Shown here one piece after another: positions 1 through 8,652 of a stretch of DNA of 55,015 nt. This DNA comes from Candidatus Saccharimonadales bacterium. Lineage in GTDB: Bacteria; Patescibacteriota; Saccharimonadia; Saccharimonadales; JBBQAJ01. A model generated the notes under the pieces. It saw nothing but the letters and a program-made list of their open reading frames with translations, was not told the DNA's origin and did no database searches. The stretch covers positions 1-55,015 of the forward strand of contig JBBRAK010000008.1 in the NCBI GenBank assembly GCA_038206875.1, read 5' to 3'. Numbering within the stretch: position 1 is the first letter of the stretch; each line of letters starts with the position of its first letter. The position numbers were made by a program, and so were the translations under genes.

Positions 1-987
1 TTCCAACAAATTATGAATCGTGTCGGCGTGTTGGCGGGCCAAAATTTCCGTAGGAGCCATAAATGCTACCTGAAAATCATTATTTAACACCATTAATGCA
101 ATCATAATTGCCACCACCGTTTTACCCGAGCCAACATCGCCTTCTACAAGTCTATTCATGGGCTGGGGTTTTTGGATGTCTTTATATATCTGCCAAATAA
201 CTCGCTTTTGGTCATCTGTTAGCTTAAACGGCAAATGTCGTACAAACTCTCTTGCTAATTTTTCGTCAAACGGGATACTTAGGGTCAAACCCAGCGCATT
301 ATCTCGTTTATTAAGTAGAGCTGCTAGAGTTAGCTCGAATACTTCTTCGAACCCCAAACGTCGTTTTGCAGACAATAGGTCTTGCTGAGAGTTTGGGAAA
401 TGAATTTGTTCAATAGCTTCTGCACGTGAAACCATTCGTTCTTGCTCTACAAGCCACATGGGCAATGTTTCTTTTATATCTCGAAGAACTGGCAAAACAT
501 TTTTCAAAGAACGGCGTATCTGTGCGGATTTTAGACCTTTAGTTTCTCTGTAGACCGGGACAATCCTTGCAGTATTTAACGGAAAATTACTGACTAGCTC
601 TATTGACGGGTTTAATATGCTAAGCCTTTGATAGCTCATACCAAACTCGCCAGAAATATAGTAATCTTGGTCGGATTTCAAAGAGGGGGCTCTATATGGT
701 TGGTTGAACCAAACCAATCGTACACTACCCGTTTCGTCACTGGCCACTGCTTCGGTTATATGCAAGCCACGCCGAGCATATCGTCCGGCCGTTGATTTGA
801 TGACGGCTTTAATTGTTACTATCCCTGGCCTAATCTTGTTGACTGTCTGTACATCTGAAAAATCGTCGTATCGCCTAGGGTAGTAGTCTATCAATTCTCC
901 TACGGTTTTCACCCCTAAAACTGCCATTTTTTTGGACACTTCCAAACCAACTCCGCTAATTTCTGTCACCAAGCTGTCCAGTTTCAT
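1..987 (-). CDS. recG: ATP-dependent DNA helicase RecG (N-terminal part; runs off the left edge)
   Basis: Manual translation from ATG at 987 gives MKLDSLVTEISGVG...YYPRRYDD, WFNQPY, PVYRET, RLGFEE, PFKLT and MNRLVEGDVGSGKT (helicase motif I). Not in the ORF track because it is truncated. Confidence 0.95.
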   Translation of the reverse strand, partial: MKLDSLVTEISGVGLEVSKKMAVLGVKTVGELIDYYPRRYDDFSDVQTVNKIRPGIVTIKAVIKSTAGRYARRGLHITEAVASDETGSVRLVWFNQPYRAPSLKSDQDYYISGEFGMSYQRLSILNPSIELVSNFPLNTARIVPVYRETKGLKSAQIRRSLKNVLPVLRDIKETLPMWLVEQERMVSRAEAIEQIHFPNSQQDLLSAKRRLGFEEVFELTLAALLNKRDNALGLTLSIPFDEKLAREFVRHLPFKLTDDQKRVIWQIYKDIQKPQPMNRLVEGDVGSGKTVVAIMIALMVLNNDFQVAFMAPTEILARQHADTIHNLLE

Positions 988-1009
988 ACCAACAAGTATA
1001 CTTTACTCA

Positions 1010-1071
1010 CAAATCACATTTCCTCTCTCTGTAAAAGGTTTGACCTTTTGAAGTGTTAATTTTGTGAATTG
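1010..1071. repeat. REP-like palindromic repeat, copy 1 of 3
   Basis: caaatcacatttcctctctctgtaaaaggtttgaccttttgaagtgttaattttgtgaattg; near-identical to 8590-8652 and 15179-15238; core inverted repeat AAAAGGT-nnn-ACCTTTT. Confidence 0.9.
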
Positions 1072-1851
1072 TTATTTGGCTTTTTTGATTAGGAAAAAGA
1101 TGCTGGGTCCGAAGTATGTTTTAGCAAGGGTGAGTTGCATAATTTTTTCTAAAGTCAGCATAATCGATTTGGGAATAATTTTTTTAAGTCCGGGGCTACG
1201 CAGGTTGGAAACCGACAATACTTTTTCTACTTTGAACCCAGCATGAGCAAGTTGTTTAATCACCGTTTTGGGGTTGTGGTTAACGAACGCAATCTCTGAT
1301 TCATTTTTGTTTTTTGCGGACCTAATATCCACGGGTTCTGTGGGAAGGTTTTGAAATTTTATAATATGTTTAAGGCGGTTTCTGGCATGTGCGTAGTTTG
1401 CAACTTCTAACAACAGCCGTCCATCGTCACTCAGGACCCGGTGCAATTCTAAAAATTCCGCGCTTGGGTCTGGCAAATGATGCATAACTCGTATCATAGT
1501 TATCAGGTCTTGAGATTTGTCTGCAAGCCTTAGGCTATCTGCCTGAGTCTGAATTCTGTCGATTTCGGGGTGATCCTTTAGGAAGTCTTTTGCAATCTCT
1601 AGCTGTTGCTTTGACGGTTCAGCTAAAGTTACTTTGTCGGCAAATTTTTCCAAGAAAACACACAGTCTTCCGTACCCACCACCAATATCAGTTGCGGTTT
1701 TGAAGTGCTTGCCTTTGAGTAAAGATTTGATTGCTATTTCTTCTGATGCTTGTTCATACTCACGACCATCCCAATACCGTAAGTAATTATAATTGCCCTC
1801 ATCATACTGATCGGCTTTTTTTGGTTTGATTTTTGATGGGGGTTTTTGCAT
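1072..1851 (-). CDS. Class I SAM-dependent methyltransferase
   Basis: DIGGGYG SAM-binding motif, RVMHH, LHRVLSDDG. Confidence 0.85.
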   Translation of the reverse strand: MQKPPSKIKPKKADQYDEGNYNYLRYWDGREYEQASEEIAIKSLLKGKHFKTATDIGGGYGRLCVFLEKFADKVTLAEPSKQQLEIAKDFLKDHPEIDRIQTQADSLRLADKSQDLITMIRVMHHLPDPSAEFLELHRVLSDDGRLLLEVANYAHARNRLKHIIKFQNLPTEPVDIRSAKNKNESEIAFVNHNPKTVIKQLAHAGFKVEKVLSVSNLRSPGLKKIIPKSIMLTLEKIMQLTLAKTYFGPSIFFLIKKAK

Positions 1852-1873
1852 TACGAGGGATTAGTATATCAGT

Positions 1874-3106
1874 TTAATTGTTATCGACAATTGCAAAGCT
1901 ATTTTTGCCACGTTTTAGTAAGTTTAGTCCCTTTTGGAAATGAATACTTTGCTCAGGCAAAACCCTTTGACCGTTTAGCGTTAGTGAACCTGCTGAGTGG
2001 AAGTTTCTAGCTTCACCCTTTGAACCTGCTAAGCCTGCGGAACAGACGACTTCATATGTATCATCTCTGGCAGGAACCACCGGCAGTTCAGTTGTAAGTA
2101 CTTGTTTTTGTGCCTCATCTAGCTCCAGGAAGCTTCCCTTGCCAAACAATACTTCACTTATTTCCTGAACAGCTTTTGCCCTAATTTCTCCATGAACCAG
2201 CTTGGATACTTCGTATGCGAGAGTTTTTTGAGCAAGTCTGTCGCCAGGATTTAATTTGAATTTATCTAGCAATTCTATGATTTCTTGTTTTTTTAGAAGT
2301 GTGTAGGTTTTCAAGTACTCTTCAACACTCTCATCGTCAACATTTAGCCAAAATTGATAGAACTTGAATGCGCTGGTCTTTTTTTCATCTAACCAAACTG
2401 CACCTTCTTCTGATTTGCCAAATTTTGCACCTGTTGTTTTGTTTATTATGAGAGGCATGCTCAGAGCATGAACTTCTTTGGTTTCTTTTTTGCGTATTAG
2501 TGAGACCCCTGAAATTAGGTTTCCCCACTGATCGGATCCACCAATTTGTAAAACAACACCGTGATTGTTGTGCAGTTGCCAGAAATCAAATCCCTGCATC
2601 AATGAATAACTAAACTCAGCATAGCTTATTCCCATACCGTCTTTTCCCATGCGCTCAGCTACAAAATCACGTTGCATGAGCTCTGTCATCGAAAAATGCT
2701 TACCAACTTCTCTTAAAAAGTCCACATATTTGAGCTTTGACAGCCAGTCATAATTATCAACAATAGTAAATTTTTGCTCACTAAACAGACTTTTTACTTG
2801 TGCTTCAATCCCCTTAATATTACTAACAACCTGCTCTCTGCTCATCAGTATGCGTTCTTGGTTTTTGCCACCTGGATCACCAACTAACGACGTACCACCG
2901 CCCATAAGCATATATGCATGCCAACCGTTCGAGGCAAGTCGTCTGGCCAATAAAATTATTGCTAGATTACCTACCGTCAGACTATCTGAAGACGCGTCAA
3001 TTCCTAAGTAGAAAGTCTGGCTGTTATCTAGCCATGAGTTATCGGCAAATGTTTTGTCTTTTATCAAACCACGCCATTTTAGTTCTTCTGATAGTGTCGT
3101 TGACAT
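1874..3106 (-). CDS. tyrS: Tyrosine--tRNA ligase
   Basis: YLGIDASSDSLTVGN, GDPGGK, QIGGSDQWGN, KFGKS, C-terminal S4-like domain. Confidence 0.97.
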   Translation of the reverse strand: MSTTLSEELKWRGLIKDKTFADNSWLDNSQTFYLGIDASSDSLTVGNLAIILLARRLASNGWHAYMLMGGGTSLVGDPGGKNQERILMSREQVVSNIKGIEAQVKSLFSEQKFTIVDNYDWLSKLKYVDFLREVGKHFSMTELMQRDFVAERMGKDGMGISYAEFSYSLMQGFDFWQLHNNHGVVLQIGGSDQWGNLISGVSLIRKKETKEVHALSMPLIINKTTGAKFGKSEEGAVWLDEKKTSAFKFYQFWLNVDDESVEEYLKTYTLLKKQEIIELLDKFKLNPGDRLAQKTLAYEVSKLVHGEIRAKAVQEISEVLFGKGSFLELDEAQKQVLTTELPVVPARDDTYEVVCSAGLAGSKGEARNFHSAGSLTLNGQRVLPEQSIHFQKGLNLLKRGKNSFAIVDNN

Positions 3107-3170
3107 AATTAAAACCAGTATAACATCTCTAGAATTGTCAGCTATTTTTCAACTTGAAATTGCATAAGTT

Positions 3171-3179
3171 TGCTATAAT
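3171..3179 (+). promoter_or_regulatory. Extended -10 promoter of the PBP1A gene
   Basis: TGcTATAAT upstream of an AAGGAG Shine-Dalgarno and ATG 3212. Confidence 0.6.
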
Positions 3180-3211
3180 ATAGTTCATTACCAAGGAGAG
3201 CAGACAGTCGT

Positions 3212-6211
3212 ATGGCAATCTACAAACTGGGGAACAAAATCAGGAACAAAAACACTGGTCGCAAGAGTAAATCTAGGTACGTAACCAAAAGCGGTCAGAC
3301 AATCAAAATTAACAATTCTATAGGCGATAAAATTAGATCCAAAAGAGCGTCTTATGCTCAAAATCGTGCTGAACGACTGGCTGGAATGCCCAAAAGCCGT
3401 ATCAAGCGCATATTTTACCGCATGCACCCAAAACGCCTGTACAAATACTGGTTTAGTCGCGAAGGTGGCATCATGGCGCTTAAGGTGTTCGGAATTGGCA
3501 CGCTTGTTGGGTTTTTATTTCTAGTTGGTGTATTCGCGTATTTCCGTAAAGATTTGCCAAATATTCGTGATATTTCTGGTAGTAATATTGGCGGAAGTAT
3601 CCTTTATTATGACCGTACTGGGCAAACATTACTTTTTGAAGACGTCGATGGTTCTAAAAGAATTCCGGTAAAAGACGAGGCAATCGCAACCTCCATCAAA
3701 CAAGCGACAATTGCAATTGAAGATAAAGATTTCTTCAAACATGGTGGTTTTGATATACGAGGAATCCTTCGAGCGGGGTTAAACAATCTTTTTGGAAGGT
3801 CTGGGACAACTCAAGGTGGTTCTACAATTAGCCAGCAATTAGTTCGACTAACCCAATCAAATGTTGGCTCAGAACGTACTTATACTCGAAAAGTAAAGGA
3901 AGTCATCCTGTCTATTGAGCTAGAGCGCGAGTACACCAAACAAGAAATCCTAACTGGCTATTTAAACACTGCTCCCTATGGAGGAATTGAAAATGGCGTA
4001 GAGGCTGCTGCACAAAACTACTTTCATACATCTGCAAAAGATTTAACGCTGGCGCAGTCGACGATGCTGGCATCTATTCCCAAATCCCCGACGTATTATT
4101 CCCCTTACAACAAAACCGGGTTCGACAAAGACGCCCTGATAGGAAGACAGCATTACATACTGGAGTTGATGTACCAACAAGGCATGATAACGAAAGAACA
4201 ACAAAACGAAGCCAAACAAGTTGATGTTCTGGCTCAGGTAAAAGATCGACCGCAACACTTTGAGGGCATCAAGGCGCCCTGGTTTGTTTTAACCGCCAAA
4301 CAAGAGCTAGAGAGACGCTTCGGTGCAACAAGTGTAAAGCGTGGTGGCTGGAAGGTTACAACTACGCTAGACCTAAATGCCCAGAAAGTGGCCGAGGACC
4401 AAGTCCAAAAAGGAATGACGCAAGTTCGTCGTCAAGGCGGAGACACTGCGGCTTTTGTTGCTGAAGATGTCAAAACGGGCCAAGTCGCTGCGCTAGTTGG
4501 TGGTACCGACTTTAACAACGCGGAATTTGGAGAAAATAATTACGCCCATGACCTGGAACTACCCCCTGGTTCATCATTTAAACCATATGACTACACTGCT
4601 CTTATTGACACACAGAAAAACGTTGGCGCAGGTTCAGTTTTGTTTGATGCTAAAGGAGTTATCCCGGGCTATCCATGTACAACCGGAGTAAGCCGAACTG
4701 GTAACTGTGTTATTGACTACGACTTGCGCTATCCGGGACCTTTGACACTACGCTACGCACTGGGAGGTTCGCGTAACATCCCCGCCATAAAAGCCATGCT
4801 GATAGTTGGAGTCGACCAGACAATAGATGTTGCTCACAAACTGATGACAAATTATGGCCCAGATGGCAAACCAGATCCTACTATTGGAAACTACAAATGT
4901 TACTCTGACGAAAAAAACACCGTGACTATTCCGTGTTACGGGTCATCAGCCATTGGTGACGGAGCATATTTACGACTTGACGAACATGTACACGGCTACG
5001 GTACGCTGGCGAGAAATGGAAACAATATTCCTCAAACATATATATTGAAAATAACTGATGCTGCTAACAAAACAGTCGATGAATGGAAACCGAGTAAAGG
5101 CGTACAGGCAGTTAACCCAGAGTCTGCCTATATAGTTACAGATATGCTACGAGACCCAAATGCCAGTTACTTTCCTACCAAAATCCACAACTTCAAAGGC
5201 TGGAGGTTTGGCCTAAAGACTGGTACTACTAATGATTCCAAAGACGGGTTGATGATGATGTTTTCAACCAAATACGCGATAGGAACATGGGTTGGATATC
5301 ACAACAGACAAAAAGTTATGAGTGGATTTATGGAAACCATGACCAGGCCTATTGTGAATGGCTTTATGACAACTATGCATGCTGACTTAAAACCAGAAGA
5401 AGTTCCGAAACCAAACGGTATCCAGTCGCTTCCTGCGTTCGTCGTACGTTCGCACGTAGGTAATGGCTCCGTAGAACCAAGCCCTGCTAACGATTTGTTC
5501 CCATCTTGGTACAAAGCACCTGCCAAATCAAAGGCTAATCAAAAAATAGATGAAGTAAGCAACAAACTAGCAACTGAATGTACCCCAGCGCGAGCTGTCA
5601 AAGACGGCACAGGCGCAGACAGCAACACGTTTTCCGTAGACAAGTTTGTTACAGGCTCTGCTGGAGCTGACACAGGAGAAAAAGATGATGTACATAAATG
5701 CGATGACACAAAACCATCAATAATCCTCAAGGATAATGGTAATGGTTCGATTACGGCCACTGCATCAGCCGGTACTCACCCGCTTTCCAGCGACAAATAC
5801 CCCATGACCATAAACTTCTTAGTAGACGGACAGATCGTCAATACTTCAAATTCCAACCCAGCTACCTACACGCCTGACTTCAATAGCAGCACTGTTGTAA
5901 CAGCTCAGGTAATTGACAGTGTTTTGTACGAAGGTACTTCTGGCAATGTTACTGTTCCTGGCGGGGGCTCAACAATTACAATTACTTCCCCAAGTGGAAA
6001 TGTCAATTCTAACACTGTTACTATCAGCTGGTCCGGAGGCGCGGGACCCTACACGGTTACTATAAAGAAAGGTAATGGATCTTATTCGAACGTTTGTTCA
6101 TCAACTAGCGCAGGAAGTTGCCCACCTTATTTGTTATCCGGAAACGCAACATACACAATTAAAGTTGAGTCGCCCGGTTCAACTGTAACCAAAAGCTTTG
6201 ATAAAACTTAA
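3212..6211 (+). CDS. Class A penicillin-binding protein (transglycosylase/transpeptidase) with C-terminal extension
   Basis: TM anchor; GT51 motifs EDKDFFKHGG and GGSTISQQL; transpeptidase motifs SSFK, SRN and KTGT. Confidence 0.95.
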   Translation: MAIYKLGNKIRNKNTGRKSKSRYVTKSGQTIKINNSIGDKIRSKRASYAQNRAERLAGMPKSRIKRIFYRMHPKRLYKYWFSREGGIMALKVFGIGTLVGFLFLVGVFAYFRKDLPNIRDISGSNIGGSILYYDRTGQTLLFEDVDGSKRIPVKDEAIATSIKQATIAIEDKDFFKHGGFDIRGILRAGLNNLFGRSGTTQGGSTISQQLVRLTQSNVGSERTYTRKVKEVILSIELEREYTKQEILTGYLNTAPYGGIENGVEAAAQNYFHTSAKDLTLAQSTMLASIPKSPTYYSPYNKTGFDKDALIGRQHYILELMYQQGMITKEQQNEAKQVDVLAQVKDRPQHFEGIKAPWFVLTAKQELERRFGATSVKRGGWKVTTTLDLNAQKVAEDQVQKGMTQVRRQGGDTAAFVAEDVKTGQVAALVGGTDFNNAEFGENNYAHDLELPPGSSFKPYDYTALIDTQKNVGAGSVLFDAKGVIPGYPCTTGVSRTGNCVIDYDLRYPGPLTLRYALGGSRNIPAIKAMLIVGVDQTIDVAHKLMTNYGPDGKPDPTIGNYKCYSDEKNTVTIPCYGSSAIGDGAYLRLDEHVHGYGTLARNGNNIPQTYILKITDAANKTVDEWKPSKGVQAVNPESAYIVTDMLRDPNASYFPTKIHNFKGWRFGLKTGTTNDSKDGLMMMFSTKYAIGTWVGYHNRQKVMSGFMETMTRPIVNGFMTTMHADLKPEEVPKPNGIQSLPAFVVRSHVGNGSVEPSPANDLFPSWYKAPAKSKANQKIDEVSNKLATECTPARAVKDGTGADSNTFSVDKFVTGSAGADTGEKDDVHKCDDTKPSIILKDNGNGSITATASAGTHPLSSDKYPMTINFLVDGQIVNTSNSNPATYTPDFNSSTVVTAQVIDSVLYEGTSGNVTVPGGGSTITITSPSGNVNSNTVTISWSGGAGPYTVTIKKGNGSYSNVCSSTSAGSCPPYLLSGNATYTIKVESPGSTVTKSFDKT

Positions 6212-6214
6212 GGA

Positions 6215-7555
6215 TTAATCCTTTTTCAGGAACGTATTTAGTGCTGAGCGAACATCTTTTACGCCAGCGTATTTGCTAGATTGCTTACCTTTTTGGACTG
6301 GTCCAATTGCCACATCAAAGCCTAGTTTTTGGGCTTCGGCTAGTCGCTTTTCTATGAATGGCACATGTCGAACTTCGCCGGACAGTCCAACTTCGCCAAA
6401 CACTACAGCGTTTTGTTTGAGTTGCATGCCTTTGGACGCGGTAGCAATTGCCATACATATCGCCAAATCGGCGGCTGGTTCGGTCAGTTTTATACCACCA
6501 ACGATGTTTATGTATATATCTTGCTCAGCTAGGTTTAGTTTGGTACGTTTTTCTAGCATTGCTACGAGTAAATTAACTCTATTTAAATCTATTCCACTGG
6601 CAGTTCGCTTGGGATACCCGTAACTAGTACGATTTACCAGCGCCTGAACCTCCACAAGCAAGGGCCTACTGCCTTCCATGGTTGCGAGCACTACAGAACC
6701 ATCACTTGCCTGTCGTTCAGCTAGAAGCGCTTCAGATGGGTTGTCGACTGGTTTTAATCCGTCGTCTGCCATTTCAAATATGCCTGCTTCGTTCGTTGAG
6801 CCGTATCGGTTTTTGATAGCGCGCAAGATTTTGAATCCCCCATATCTGTCGCCTTCTAATTGCAACACTACATCTACTACATGTTCTAGAACTTTGGGCC
6901 CTGCAATTGAGCCTTCTTTGGTCACATGACCAACCAGAATAATCGCGGTGTTGGACTGTTTAGCAGCCAACGTAAGTAGTGCGGTACTGTTTGTTATCTG
7001 GCTAACGTTTCCGGCAGCTGAGGCAACTGAAGCGCAACTGAGAGTTTGAATAGAATCTACAACGACTAAATCAAATTTGGCTTCGGAAATTGTTTTGGCA
7101 ATGTCATCAGCACTCGTACTGGTGGCAAGCTGTAAATTTTTTGTCCCAGCACCTAAACGTCCCGCCCTAAGTCCTATCTGATGAGCTGACTCTTCACCGC
7201 TTATGTATAAAACCTGGTGTTTTTGTGCCAAATCATGGGCAACTTGCAGTAGTAGGGTGCTTTTACCAATTCCAGGCTGGCCAGCTATCAAATTTACGCT
7301 ACCGGCTACTATACCGCCCCCAAACACTGAATCTACCTCGTTTACGCCGGTTTTGAGACGTTTATTGTCCTTCGCTATTGAACTACTGACACTTTGAGTC
7401 TGGAGCAAAGTTCCAGAGTTGGTTATTCGCCCACCTGATGATAAATCCTCTTGAAGTGTATTCCATTCACCACATCCGTAGCATCGCCCACTCCAGGTAG
7501 GAGTTGAAACACCACAGCTGCTACACACAAATTTTACTGATTCTTTTTTGGCCAT
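6215..7555 (-). CDS. radA: DNA repair protein RadA/Sms
   Basis: CxxC...CxxC zinc finger, GQPGIGKS, KNRYG motif, Lon-like C-terminus. Confidence 0.97.
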   Translation of the reverse strand: MAKKESVKFVCSSCGVSTPTWSGRCYGCGEWNTLQEDLSSGGRITNSGTLLQTQSVSSSIAKDNKRLKTGVNEVDSVFGGGIVAGSVNLIAGQPGIGKSTLLLQVAHDLAQKHQVLYISGEESAHQIGLRAGRLGAGTKNLQLATSTSADDIAKTISEAKFDLVVVDSIQTLSCASVASAAGNVSQITNSTALLTLAAKQSNTAIILVGHVTKEGSIAGPKVLEHVVDVVLQLEGDRYGGFKILRAIKNRYGSTNEAGIFEMADDGLKPVDNPSEALLAERQASDGSVVLATMEGSRPLLVEVQALVNRTSYGYPKRTASGIDLNRVNLLVAMLEKRTKLNLAEQDIYINIVGGIKLTEPAADLAICMAIATASKGMQLKQNAVVFGEVGLSGEVRHVPFIEKRLAEAQKLGFDVAIGPVQKGKQSSKYAGVKDVRSALNTFLKKD

Positions 7556-7575
7556 TCTACATCAAGTTTATCAGA

Positions 7576-8547
7576 CTACTGAGTGGGCAGTGTGAGAGGC
7601 CGACTGTCTATGGCATTTAGTAGTTCAGCTTCTTCTGAAACAATTGAGTTTCTTTGAACCAATATCCCGTTGTACTCATCTATAAGTGCCCTTACGTCCT
7701 TCACCACTTTATTATATGAATTGACACTGGAATTGTACTTTGGAACAGCGCTGTTGTAGGCTTCATAATCTTTTGCCGACAACAAACTATCCAATCTTTC
7801 TCGCTCTGCCTTGAGGGAATTGTTAGTAGACTCCACCTCCGAATCTTTTTTATCGATTTGTGCTTTCAAATCTCCGAGCGTTTTGTCATACTCAGCGACT
7901 TTTTGTTTTCTCTCTGTAAAAGCTTGTTCGTATTTTTCAGAATATTCTACAATTTTTAATCTGTTACTAAAATATCTTGAGTAATATTTTTCAAGTTCAG
8001 GGGGTAGCTGTCTTACCTCTGTTCCAATAATTGAATGAAGCTCATTATCAGTGTCAGCGCCGTTTTTTTGATATTCAGAAATAGATTCATTGATTCGCGG
8101 ATTGTTTAGGGATTTGTACACGTCTTGGGTCAACTGATTTATATGTGACTTTTCGTCAGTGCTAAGCCGGTCATATGCCGCGTGAAGTGTTTCGTGAGCA
8201 GCCGTTACCTGGACAATGCCATTTAGTCTTGCGTCGGTAACTTTAAACACATATATTCCTTTTCCCGAAACATAGCATCCTAAAATGATAGTTTTTTCGC
8301 CGAATTTACAGTTGTTATTGAATTCCTGTTTTTCATTTAGTGCGGGATGATAAACATAAAACAAACGCTTTGAATCTTTGTTTAGGGTTATGTCATCTGC
8401 TAGCTGGGATATTTCAGCTGGAGGGACATACCCTCTAAGTCGTATTTCGTCGTGTATATACCATCTTTGATCCCAAACAAAAAATGCCGTAGCTATAACA
8501 GCCAGGACTACAAATATTCCTCTAACACGCTTAAAATTAGATTTCAT
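7576..8547 (-). CDS. Membrane-anchored putative zinc metallopeptidase with coiled-coil tail
   Basis: N-terminal TM helix, AAHETLHAAY (HExxH), downstream NELHS, heptad-rich C-terminus. Confidence 0.6.
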   Translation of the reverse strand: MKSNFKRVRGIFVVLAVIATAFFVWDQRWYIHDEIRLRGYVPPAEISQLADDITLNKDSKRLFYVYHPALNEKQEFNNNCKFGEKTIILGCYVSGKGIYVFKVTDARLNGIVQVTAAHETLHAAYDRLSTDEKSHINQLTQDVYKSLNNPRINESISEYQKNGADTDNELHSIIGTEVRQLPPELEKYYSRYFSNRLKIVEYSEKYEQAFTERKQKVAEYDKTLGDLKAQIDKKDSEVESTNNSLKAERERLDSLLSAKDYEAYNSAVPKYNSSVNSYNKVVKDVRALIDEYNGILVQRNSIVSEEAELLNAIDSRPLTLPTQ

Positions 8548-8589
8548 CTATACAATTCTACCACTCCCACTATTTCTTCTCCATTCCCC

Positions 8590-8652
8590 CAAATCACATT
8601 TTCCCTCTCTGTAAAAGGTCCGACCTTTTGCAGGGATGGTTTTTGTGATTTG
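8590..8652. repeat. REP-like palindromic repeat, copy 2 of 3
   Basis: caaatcacattttccctctctgtaaaaggtccgaccttttgcagggatggtttttgtgatttg; outer IR caaatcaca/tgtgatttg plus a long inner stem. Confidence 0.9.
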
